64,000 nt of DNA, from contig JAUHZB010000002.1 of NCBI GenBank assembly GCA_030426125.1, positions 3,633 to 67,632 on the forward strand, read 5' to 3'. Origin of the DNA: a bacterium. GTDB lineage: Bacteria; Patescibacteriota; Saccharimonadia; Saccharimonadales; AWTP1-31. The notes beneath the pieces were generated by a model. It did not search any database and had not been told where the DNA came from. It saw only the letters and a list, made by a program, of their open reading frames with translations. Below, in pieces: positions 8,817-16,232 of the stretch; within the stretch, counting starts at the first letter, position 1; each line of letters opens with the position of its first letter. Position numbers and translations under genes: made by a program.

Positions 8817-9485
8817 TTATATAACCGATTGGATGGTTGGAGTGACATCGGTTCTAAGGATTACTCTATTTTCTCTAGTTATCCCCCGGTGTGGCTGTTG
8901 TTCGATAACACTACATAGATTGTTCACTATAACTGCCTCTCCTGGCCCGTATACTATTTCTTCAGACTCTATAGGGAAACTAGGGCTGTCAAAATCTGGG
9001 AGGTGGTATCTTGAGCCCTCGGTAACTGGATACTCTGTTGCAATCTGCAGAATGGCTGGGAATTCTGATAGATTCACTAACATGCGTAGATTACGGTCTG
9101 CATCGATATGCCATCTTCCAGTAGCGCCAAGCACAAAAGAATTTTCTATCATATATGTATCAATATCCGAGACCTCTCGCTTAGCAGCTGCTGAAGCAAC
9201 CTGCATACTTTCTCGAAGATATTGTTCAGTAGATTTGCTGGTTCTTACTATGTTGCTGTTTGGCAATAATGCTGAAATTTCGCTATCGGATAGAGTTTGG
9301 CTATTATCTTCTCCTGGATGGTGGGTTACATTGGCCATTAGGTTAATAGCTGGACCTATTGTGAAGTTTAATAGACGATCATACTGTTCAAAGAGTGGTA
9401 ATAGGCTATTGCCTAACTCAATAGATCTTTCGCTATCCAGCACCTGACCGATAGGACGTATTTTATTTGGTGCGTCGATTTTCAT
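8817..9485 (-). CDS. hypothetical protein with HxD...H (cupin / Fe(II)-2OG-oxygenase-like) motif
   Basis: ATG at 9485 (MKIDAPNK). The track start at 9503 is TTG. RWHIDAD followed about 75 aa later by QQPHRG fits a facial-triad pattern. No other recognisable motif. Confidence 0.3.
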   Translation of the reverse strand: MKIDAPNKIRPIGQVLDSERSIELGNSLLPLFEQYDRLLNFTIGPAINLMANVTHHPGEDNSQTLSDSEISALLPNSNIVRTSKSTEQYLRESMQVASAAAKREVSDIDTYMIENSFVLGATGRWHIDADRNLRMLVNLSEFPAILQIATEYPVTEGSRYHLPDFDSPSFPIESEEIVYGPGEAVIVNNLCSVIEQQPHRGITRENRVILRTDVTPTIQSVI

Positions 9486-9659
9486 GACTATATTAAAACA
9501 CAATTTATATAAATTATCAATACTTGAATCAAGCTATGGGCATCACTAATATGGGTGTGCAGTCTGCACTTTAGCTACGGTTAATATGTAGATACATTCT
9601 TAGCGAACTGACAACATTAGCTTGGCTATTACTTTTAGGTTGTAAATTGCACCTGGATT

Positions 9660-10040
9660 TTAGAATACATCCAAAACAATCAGAGTACACAGTAGTGCAG
9701 CGATAGTATAAAAAGCCCACCATCGCTCAGGCTTGCTTGGTGATATCGCGTTAGTTATAGTGCCAAGTCCAAAGAAAGCTACCATGATCCAAAGAACACC
9801 ATTCACTAGTCCGCTGGAATTAGCATTATAGTTTGCTGTCGACGCCATGACCACTATTGTCATGAAGAATGAATACCCAATAACAGCAATAGCGCTGATA
9901 ATCCGGTATTTCTTCGGCAAAGTCCCTTTGTGTTTACCACCATATGCAATGTGACCTAACGGTGCTCCCAATGCTAACTTTGCCTGGAATACAACTTGCA
10001 CGGCAAGTAGTCCGAGTAGTAACCACCCTGCACTGTCCAT
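9660..10040 (-). CDS. small integral membrane protein (4 TM)
   Basis: 126 aa, four hydrophobic helices. Lies 4 nt downstream of the preceding gene. Confidence 0.55.
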   Translation of the reverse strand: MDSAGWLLLGLLAVQVVFQAKLALGAPLGHIAYGGKHKGTLPKKYRIISAIAVIGYSFFMTIVVMASTANYNANSSGLVNGVLWIMVAFFGLGTITNAISPSKPERWWAFYTIAALLCTLIVLDVF

Positions 10041-10044
10041 TGGG

Positions 10045-10683
10045 TTAGGCTTTTACTCCCTTGAATAGCAAGTAGCCAATCATCCAGAATTCGCCAATGG
10101 TTGCGGGCATTGGTAGTGCTTCAGTAAGTGTAGTTTGCTCCGGCAGTAAGATACCTGTAAAGGTAGATAGAACGTAACCCACCCCACCAGCTACCAAGAA
10201 CCAAACCATGACTTTTGGCATGTTGTATTTGTGCGCCATATAGGCCATAGGTAGTAACCAGAGGCCAAAGAACAAAGTGCCAACCTGCCATAGTGTTTCA
10301 TGTGCTTCAAATAACGTTTGAACAGTATCGCTAGCGCCACTTGCTAGAGCTGTGTTGAGTGCCATTAGCCAAAAAGCTGATGCAGCTAATATAACGATGG
10401 CGTTCACCATACCGAAGGCAGCGATTAGCCCGGCAGTAAAGCTGTCTTTTTTCTTAAATAGTTTATAGAACCATACCGCTGCAAGTGCTTGGAATCCAAC
10501 GATGAGTACTTCTGCGGCTATGCCGAAACGAGCAAGTGACTCGTCGTTTACAAGATTAGCAGTTGTTTGTGCTGCATCCCCAGCGACGAATAACTGATCT
10601 CTAGCGAATAAAAATGCGAACACCCCCATTACTGCTAGACCTAAGTAAAATAGCCCTGTCCATTTTGCTGTTGTTAGTTTCAT
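10045..10683 (-). CDS. DUF4386-like membrane protein
   Basis: 212 aa. An N-terminus like WTGLFYLGLAVMGVFAFLF...AAQTTANL...FGIAAE is typical of the family as I remember it. Confidence 0.5.
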   Translation of the reverse strand: MKLTTAKWTGLFYLGLAVMGVFAFLFARDQLFVAGDAAQTTANLVNDESLARFGIAAEVLIVGFQALAAVWFYKLFKKKDSFTAGLIAAFGMVNAIVILAASAFWLMALNTALASGASDTVQTLFEAHETLWQVGTLFFGLWLLPMAYMAHKYNMPKVMVWFLVAGGVGYVLSTFTGILLPEQTTLTEALPMPATIGEFWMIGYLLFKGVKA

Positions 10684-10841
10684 AACCCTCCTATGCTTAA
10701 TTTAGTTTAATTGTAGCTTAAAAACCTGCGAAGAGCTAAATTATTTTAGATAAGTTGTCTATTTATTACAATTGGTTGTCTTGTACTCTTGCTGTTATGT
10801 GTTCTGTCTTAGCTGAGCTTATAGGTTGTGGGCTACTTAGT

Positions 10842-11180
10842 CTATCTGTTGAGCCCGACTATCAAAATAGCCACAACAGCCAAGGCTATACCGATATAAA
10901 CAGGTACTGATAGCTGTTCTTTTAATAATAAGAATCCCAGTACGTTTACCAGCACTAAGCTTGTTGCACTAAATAATGCCATAGTTTTCCCGACTTCGAC
11001 TTGTGTAAAGATAAATAGCTGACCAAAAGTAGCAACTGTGCGTATTACTGCATATAGCAAAAACCACCCCGCGAAAAAGGTAGATATTTTGAAGCCTTGA
11101 GTGGACATGTAATGTCGCGCTATTAAGTCGCTGGAAGTAAACAATAGCTGGCTTACAATTACTATTAAGATAAAATTCAC
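10842..11180 (-). CDS. half-size EamA/SMR-like 4-TM transporter
   Basis: 112 aa, GTG start preceded by AAAGGAAG, four helices. LLLKEQLS..IGIALAVVAILIV resembles the end of an EamA domain. Confidence 0.5.
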   Translation of the reverse strand: MNFILIVIVSQLLFTSSDLIARHYMSTQGFKISTFFAGWFLLYAVIRTVATFGQLFIFTQVEVGKTMALFSATSLVLVNVLGFLLLKEQLSVPVYIGIALAVVAILIVGLNR

Positions 11181-11270
11181 AAACTTCCTTTCACAATAAT
11201 TCTGTTACTTTATTTTGATTATAACCTACAGGTTGTTGAAAATGCCCAGCATTATGAGTGATTGTGGGGT

Positions 11271-11861
11271 TTAACTAAAGTCAGTTGTTTTAGGGTATAA
11301 ATCCCTAGCTAGCATTGCAATCCTGACTCCTGGCAGAAAAGTACGCTGAACGCTAGCTTGGCCATGTTTTCTCCATAGTGCCATTGTAATACTCAGACCA
11401 GCATAGGATTTTGTTTCATTAGTCTCAATGTCAACTAAACGCGTGGCAGTTACAATGTGCATGTCTCTGACCCAAGGTTTACCTAATTGCTCCTTTGGCC
11501 GTCCATAGAAGAGGTTATCTCCTTCGGGTCGCCTGATACGATTACATACCGCTACTGTTTCATCGAATACTATATGATCGCCCAAGGGCTCCTGGACACC
11601 TTTATAAAACCTTTGGCTAACGCTTGCCCCTTGCTTTCCTCTGTGTCTACTTGCCCAATGATTTGGTGATGAGATAAATTCCGAAGTCTGTTCTGTAGAT
11701 CCTGTATTGAGTAGTGACAGCATTTGGGCACCTAGTATCCTTGAAAAGATTTCGATTTCGTCTACTGTTTCGAATCCCTTTATAGTTGCTCCTTGTGGTA
11801 GGGTGGCAATATCTGCATTACTACACACAAATGGTTCAATAGTAGGACGAGAATCAATCAT
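11271..11861 (-). CDS. hypothetical protein
   Basis: 196-aa ORF with protein-like composition and no motif I recognise. Confidence 0.45.
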   Translation of the reverse strand: MIDSRPTIEPFVCSNADIATLPQGATIKGFETVDEIEIFSRILGAQMLSLLNTGSTEQTSEFISSPNHWASRHRGKQGASVSQRFYKGVQEPLGDHIVFDETVAVCNRIRRPEGDNLFYGRPKEQLGKPWVRDMHIVTATRLVDIETNETKSYAGLSITMALWRKHGQASVQRTFLPGVRIAMLARDLYPKTTDFS

Positions 11862-11940
11862 TATGTACTATTTTGCTTAAGTGGCCAACGTGATGCAAGC
11901 ACAAACAAAATAAAGTGATTGAGGATCGTTCATTATATAC

Positions 11941-11988
11941 CTGAACTTTATTCTTCGAGCTTGGCTCTGTAGTGATGGACGTTAGAAC
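11941..11988 (-). repeat. intergenic repeat copy R1 (partial: first arm and core only)
   Basis: The minus strand reads GTTCTAACgtccatcactacagagccaag... directly after the SRAP stop. It aligns with R2 and R4. Confidence 0.7.
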
Positions 11989-11994
11989 AAATCT

Positions 11995-12630
11995 TCAAAC
12001 CGGTGGCAGGATGTCTTTATGATTATTGCGAGGATTATTTACTTCTGTTGATACTTTTCGTATTTCTAAACCTTTATCATGGTATGGATGTAAATAGTCT
12101 GCGATTTCTTTATCACTAACAGCCCTTAGCCAACGATCTTCCTCGTTTTTATTCAAGATGACTGGCATCCTGGTGTGAATGGTAGACATTTCCTTATTTG
12201 GTTCGGTTGTCATAATGGAATATTGTAGTTTACCGTCATCATCAATATGATAAATACCAGCAAAAGTGAAAATGCCTTTTTCGTCTTTAGGGTGTATCCA
12301 ATACGGTACTTTTTCTTTACCTATTCTCTTCCATTCAAAAAAACCATTGGCAGGAACTAGGCACCTATAGTTACGGACAGTTTTTCCCCAAAATCTGGAC
12401 AGGGCTTTGTCGGACCTTGTGTTTATGATGTCTTTTTCTTTATCTGGACCGACAACCCGATGGATGCCCCACTGCATCAATGTTAATTGTTTATTACCAT
12501 CTTTCTCCACAATTATAGGCATTGATTGAGAAGGAGCTGCATTGTAATTGGGCTTAAACTTGTACCCAGTATTTTCCTTCAAACGATATTCGTCAGTTAC
12601 ATCACCAAAGAGTCCGTATCTTCCGCACAT
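11995..12630 (-). CDS. SOS-response-associated peptidase (SRAP/YedK family, abasic-site sensor)
   Basis: Begins MCGRYGL, with the catalytic Cys2. NYNAAPSQ, FFEWK and HTRMPVIL are family signatures. Confidence 0.85.
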   Translation of the reverse strand: MCGRYGLFGDVTDEYRLKENTGYKFKPNYNAAPSQSMPIIVEKDGNKQLTLMQWGIHRVVGPDKEKDIINTRSDKALSRFWGKTVRNYRCLVPANGFFEWKRIGKEKVPYWIHPKDEKGIFTFAGIYHIDDDGKLQYSIMTTEPNKEMSTIHTRMPVILNKNEEDRWLRAVSDKEIADYLHPYHDKGLEIRKVSTEVNNPRNNHKDILPPV

Positions 12631-12723
12631 ATTCTAATCATACCCCAAAACGACAAAAGAGACATTTCGCCTCTGTAAATCTTGGTTCTAACCTTGGCTC
12701 TCTGTAGTGATGGAAGTTAGAAC
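12631..12723 (-). repeat. intergenic repeat copy R2 (complete: attC-like inverted repeat + hairpin + TTTTGGGGTATGAT)
   Basis: GTTCTAAC (12685-92) and GTTAGAAC (12716-23) are 8-bp inverted repeats 23 nt apart. Hairpin at 12658-74. TATGAT (12637-42) lies 6 nt from the SRAP ATG. Confidence 0.8.
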
Positions 12724-13364
12724 TATTTTGGTTCAAACGTTAGATAACGTCCCTCTCCAATAATTTCCATTTCATTGTCTGTAATTTTAACTGCCATTTG
12801 GTCATCAAGTGCATAAACAGTATAAGGACAGCCTTTTACACGCTCCCTAACTGCATCTTCTGACTTTGCTACTGGAAATTTTGGACTAAACAGATGAACC
12901 TGCAAGCCAAAATCCACTAGGTTCAACCCGTCCAATACTTTGTCGGTGTTATCGGTATTAAAACGAATATCGGGTGTTGCGACATAACTACCTGCACTTA
13001 CGCCTACATATACTCTATCTTTGAGCAAGCGAGGTATCTCATCTACCAAGCCTGACTCAGTAAAACAAGACATTAAGTAGGTTGTGTTGCCGCCGTTCAC
13101 AAAAATGACGTTACTATCCTCTAAACGAGGCAACCATACATTTTTATCAGTCGCTGAAATATCTACAATATCTATTTGGGCAACACCCATATCACGCAAA
13201 CGAAGCATTTGGTCAATTGCCCAACCTTTGTCTCCAGGCTCCACATTTAGCGCCGTTGGAATAAACGCCACCTTAATTTCACTTGCTGGTTTATCAGAAA
13301 GCTCGAGCAATGCGTTTATTAGCGTAGGGTTTCTTAACCCACCTGAAGTTAATAATAATTTCAT
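12723..13364 (-). CDS. peptidase E / S51-family dipeptidase
   Basis: ATG 13364 (MKLLLTSGG). FVNGGNT and the GVSAGS nucleophile motif. The track start at 13448 lies inside the upstream repeat. Confidence 0.75.
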   Translation of the reverse strand: MKLLLTSGGLRNPTLINALLELSDKPASEIKVAFIPTALNVEPGDKGWAIDQMLRLRDMGVAQIDIVDISATDKNVWLPRLEDSNVIFVNGGNTTYLMSCFTESGLVDEIPRLLKDRVYVGVSAGSYVATPDIRFNTDNTDKVLDGLNLVDFGLQVHLFSPKFPVAKSEDAVRERVKGCPYTVYALDDQMAVKITDNEMEIIGEGRYLTFEPK

Positions 13365-13446
13365 AGAGATATTATACCCCAAAACGACAATAGAGGCATT
13401 TCGCCTCTGTAAATCTTGGCTCACAACAATAGAGGAAGTTATAAAC
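13365..13446 (-). repeat. intergenic repeat copy R3 (lacks second arm)
   Basis: The minus strand reads GTTTATAACttcctctattgttgtgagccaag-atttacAGAGGCgaaatGCCTCTattgtcgTTTTGGGGTATAATatctctATG. Confidence 0.8.
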
Positions 13447-13525
13447 ACTATCAGGCTAGATTTGAATACATTTACTGCTACAGAAGGTAATACGTCATCT
13501 TAGCGTCATTCGTAAGATTAAGGGA

Positions 13526-14011
13526 TTATTGAATGATTTCGATTTCAGTAGCAGAAGCCAATTCAGGAATATAAAGTACTTTCTTAATTATCCCTAATTC
13601 TTCTGCCAGTGCTGCAATTAACATTCCGTGAGTTACCCAAATATTTTCTTTTGGCGGATTCTTCAAGAGATTCATCGCAGCTTTCTTGGCGATTTTTGGC
13701 ACATCTTTATTTGCAATAACTTTATTAAGTTCTTCAGGACTAAGACCAGTGTTGACTTCGTTTAAGATTCCGTACTCATTCATTTTTTTGAAACCTGCAA
13801 TTTGGGCTGTTTGCTTTGTTCTAATTAGTTGTGAAATTGCAACAGGTTCTTTTTCAGTATCAATTCCAAGCTGTTCCAATACTGTTTTTAGCTTTAAGGC
13901 AGCTACTCTACCTTCATCGCTGAGTGGGGCTCCCTCTTTTGGGAATAAGTGTCTGTCGTGTCTCCCACCAATTGCCTTAGCATGTCGGATGATAATTACT
14001 TTTCTTCTCAT
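13526..14011 (-). CDS. histidine phosphatase (phosphoglycerate-mutase-like) family protein
   Basis: ATG 14011 (MRRKVIIIRHAKA gives the RHA/RHG motif). Second His in WVTHGMLI. The track start at 14029 is a TTG inside the repeat/promoter module. Confidence 0.7.
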   Translation of the reverse strand: MRRKVIIIRHAKAIGGRHDRHLFPKEGAPLSDEGRVAALKLKTVLEQLGIDTEKEPVAISQLIRTKQTAQIAGFKKMNEYGILNEVNTGLSPEELNKVIANKDVPKIAKKAAMNLLKNPPKENIWVTHGMLIAALAEELGIIKKVLYIPELASATEIEIIQ

Positions 14012-14104
14012 GAAATAATCATACCCCAAAATAGAATTAGAGGTCTATGACCCCTATTATTCTTGGTTCTAACCTTGGCTCACAACCATAGTGGAAGTTA
14101 TAAC
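14012..14104 (-). repeat. intergenic repeat copy R4 (complete)
   Basis: GTTATAAC (14097-104) ... GTTAGAAC complement (14066-73). Hairpin 14039-55 has a different sequence but conserved pairing. TATGAT (14018-23) lies 6 nt from ATG 14011. Confidence 0.8.
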
Positions 14105-14134
14105 TACAATTAAGCATGATTACGCAGTTGTAAA

Positions 14135-15175
14135 CTAGTAACTTAGGGATATTTTTTTGCTAGTTGTATCAATTCGAACATTCATCCCAAGTGGCATAAC
14201 AATTTGTGGGTCAGTGTGTCCAAAATCTAAATTCTGAATCACTGGAATATTTTTATTATATTCTCTCACTACTCTAAGTATTGTTTCTCTTTGCTGCTTG
14301 CGGTAATCTGCCTTTTCTTTTGTAGTGTTCTGCTGATCAAACTCCCACGCCTTAGGTCTTCCAACTAGAACAGCCTGAAACTTACCAAACCAGCCCCTCT
14401 CTCCAAATCCAGTTAGTAGATACTCTATAATCCAATGTTCTGGAATATCTTCCGCTGTTTCTAGTATCAGGATAGTGCCTTCGATGTCTTCATTTGAGGG
14501 CAAATATATGCCTGTTGATGTCTGAACGATTAAACTCTCCACACAGCCACCCCACAAGGTGCCATCTACCTGACCTTGGCCGTCCCAAAATAGTCCGTCA
14601 TTTTTTTCTAGTGGTCGCTGTTTATTGAGATTTTCTTTTTTAGACCAATCTAAGCCAATGTCGTTATATTCTGATGATGCCATAAGTTCAAGCTCGCCAC
14701 CTTCAAAAAGGGCCTTTTTTATTGAATTAACCGTCATGTCAAACATTTGAACATTCATCCCAAATTGGTTCATCACTCCACCACCGTAGTAGGAAGGAAT
14801 ACCCAGGCTCCATAAGAAATTATGTAAGTGAGTATTGTCGCTATATCCGAAAAATGGCTTTGGGTTCTCAGTGAATAACTTAGGGTCTAGATGCTTAATG
14901 AGCTTTATTTGGTCAGATCCACCAATAGAGGCAAATACAGCTTTGTTCCTTTCATCTGAAAAAGCTTCCATAATATCTCTTGCCCGGTCTTCAAGTGAAG
15001 AACCCATTTTTCTGGTTGTCGGGTATTCCTTTGTAATAAGTCCGAACTGTTCATTTAGTCTTTTCCGGCCAAGATCTAGCACCCAAGGAAAAATCTCAGG
15101 TAAACCGGCTGATGGAGAAATAATAGCAACCTGATCGCCCTTTGATAATTTTTGTAATGATACAAATTGCTTCAT
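14135..15175 (-). CDS. LD-carboxypeptidase / S66 peptidase (MccF/LdcA-like)
   Basis: ISPSAG, IGGSDQIKLI, the GYSDNT nucleophile Ser motif, and DFGHTDP His motif. Confidence 0.8.
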   Translation of the reverse strand: MKQFVSLQKLSKGDQVAIISPSAGLPEIFPWVLDLGRKRLNEQFGLITKEYPTTRKMGSSLEDRARDIMEAFSDERNKAVFASIGGSDQIKLIKHLDPKLFTENPKPFFGYSDNTHLHNFLWSLGIPSYYGGGVMNQFGMNVQMFDMTVNSIKKALFEGGELELMASSEYNDIGLDWSKKENLNKQRPLEKNDGLFWDGQGQVDGTLWGGCVESLIVQTSTGIYLPSNEDIEGTILILETAEDIPEHWIIEYLLTGFGERGWFGKFQAVLVGRPKAWEFDQQNTTKEKADYRKQQRETILRVVREYNKNIPVIQNLDFGHTDPQIVMPLGMNVRIDTTSKKISLSY

Positions 15176-15230
15176 ACCTAAAGTATAACACCTACAAATC
15201 GGCGTTCAGATTTCAATTTTAATCTGGGTA

Positions 15231-15265
15231 TGAAAAAGTCAGAACCATATCTACAGTTCTGACTT
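15231..15265 (-). terminator. hairpin plus T-run (minus strand) upstream of LD-carboxypeptidase gene
   Basis: 10-bp stem AAGTCAGAAC/GTTCTGACTT (15236-45 / 15256-65), followed on the minus strand by TTTTT. Confidence 0.5.
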
Positions 15266-15321
15266 TGCCTGTTCCAGCTTAGCTCAGCTTACAGGTCACG
15301 GACTATCAAGCAGAGGTATAA

Positions 15322-15364
15322 TACAAAAATGAGACATATGAGACATCATAATAGATGTCTCATT
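15322..15364 (-). terminator. probable terminator of the NTPase-SWIM gene
   Basis: AATGAGACAT (15329-38) pairs with ATGTCTCATT (15355-64). An alternative 10-bp stem is 15338-47/15354-63. A minus-strand T-run follows. Confidence 0.5.
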
Positions 15365-15398
15365 CTGTAGGATTATAAGGTCGCGAGACGCTCGCTTC

Positions 15399-16214
15399 TC
15401 AAGGCATACTTAACAATACCGCTTGATAATGGGAGCAATCATCTGCTTTAATATATGGCTTTTTTCCTGAAGCAAGCTTGCAGTCACAAGTCCATCCAGA
15501 AGTACTAATTGTGACATTATGGCGAGCGTTATCGCCATTGACGCTATATTCGTTAACACCTGTTTTGAATACCCGCTCTTCAACTAGGTACCGCAAGGCT
15601 TTACTAAACAATTTGTCCGCTGAAATAAACCTATCTGAACTGATGTAGTTATTTGCTAGTTTTGCGACATCTAAAGCAACTCGCCTGTCGAGTTCGTTAT
15701 AGTATTTTCGATTTTCAAGAGCTATTTGTATTATTCTGGATATATAAATACGGTTAGACTCATTTATTTGAAAGACTATTACATCTTCTCGTTTTAGGAT
15801 TTCTACAGTTAGATCATTGCTAAAGATGCTACTAACACTCGCTAGTAAATCATTGCCAGAATTAATGTATTTCTTCGCTAGCGTAGAAAAGCTATCCGAT
15901 AGCAGCTGCATTTGACCAATCTCATCGATATATAACAGTTCATTTGCTTTTATTCTTTGTAAATCAACAAAACTATAGTTGAGAAATCCATCAATAACAA
16001 AGAATTTTCCAACTTGAAATTTGCCATGTGTATTTGTGCGAGCGAGCCTGATTACTTGGCCTTCAGATGTGGTGATATCGAATCCTATACGAGTACCATT
16101 CTGTCTCAGTTCCTTCGTTACCATGCCTCTTGTTGGCTGTGTGGTGTTGGTAATGTGCTCGAAGATTACAGTGCTTTTCCCTGACTTCGGCGCACCAGTT
16201 ACAAGTATTTTCAT
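15399..16214 (-). CDS. THEP1-type P-loop NTPase fused to a C-terminal SWIM zinc finger
   Basis: Walker A is MKILVTGAPKSGKST. Walker B is LLYIDEIGQMQL. The C-terminal W-T-C-D-C-x14-C-S-H (C243, C245, C260, H262; nt 15429-15488) is a canonical CxC...CxH SWIM pattern. Confidence 0.65.
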   Translation of the reverse strand: MKILVTGAPKSGKSTVIFEHITNTTQPTRGMVTKELRQNGTRIGFDITTSEGQVIRLARTNTHGKFQVGKFFVIDGFLNYSFVDLQRIKANELLYIDEIGQMQLLSDSFSTLAKKYINSGNDLLASVSSIFSNDLTVEILKREDVIVFQINESNRIYISRIIQIALENRKYYNELDRRVALDVAKLANNYISSDRFISADKLFSKALRYLVEERVFKTGVNEYSVNGDNARHNVTISTSGWTCDCKLASGKKPYIKADDCSHYQAVLLSMP

Positions 16215-16232
16215 AATTCAAGATTAGCATGT

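Noticed and set aside
8833-9447. A 204-aa + strand ORF almost co-extensive with the minus-strand gene 8817..9485.
   Set aside because: Its translation is Ser/Arg/Leu/Cys-rich and low in Asp/Glu/Lys, typical of an antisense shadow. The minus-strand product has balanced, protein-like composition.
13084-13503. Long antisense ORFs inside real genes (also 14835..15134, 47107..47547, 62333..62737, 3110..3370, 6767..7057, 43416..43697).
   Set aside because: Each lies wholly within a well-supported gene on the other strand. None has a recognisable motif, and all show Ser/Arg/Leu-biased composition.
11941-14104. Calling the repeat-punctuated genes a bona fide integron.
   Set aside because: There is no intI or attI in the window. 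The inverted repeat spans only ~39 nt and I could not identify L boxes. Two of the four copies lack one arm. I reported it as attC-like and cassette-like only.
15236-15265. The hairpin AAGTCAGAAC/GTTCTGACTT as a fifth copy of the attC-like inverted repeat.
   Set aside because: The arm order is reversed relative to R2 and R4 (GTyAGAAC first, GTTCTrAC second). A T-run follows it, so a plain terminator is the simpler reading.
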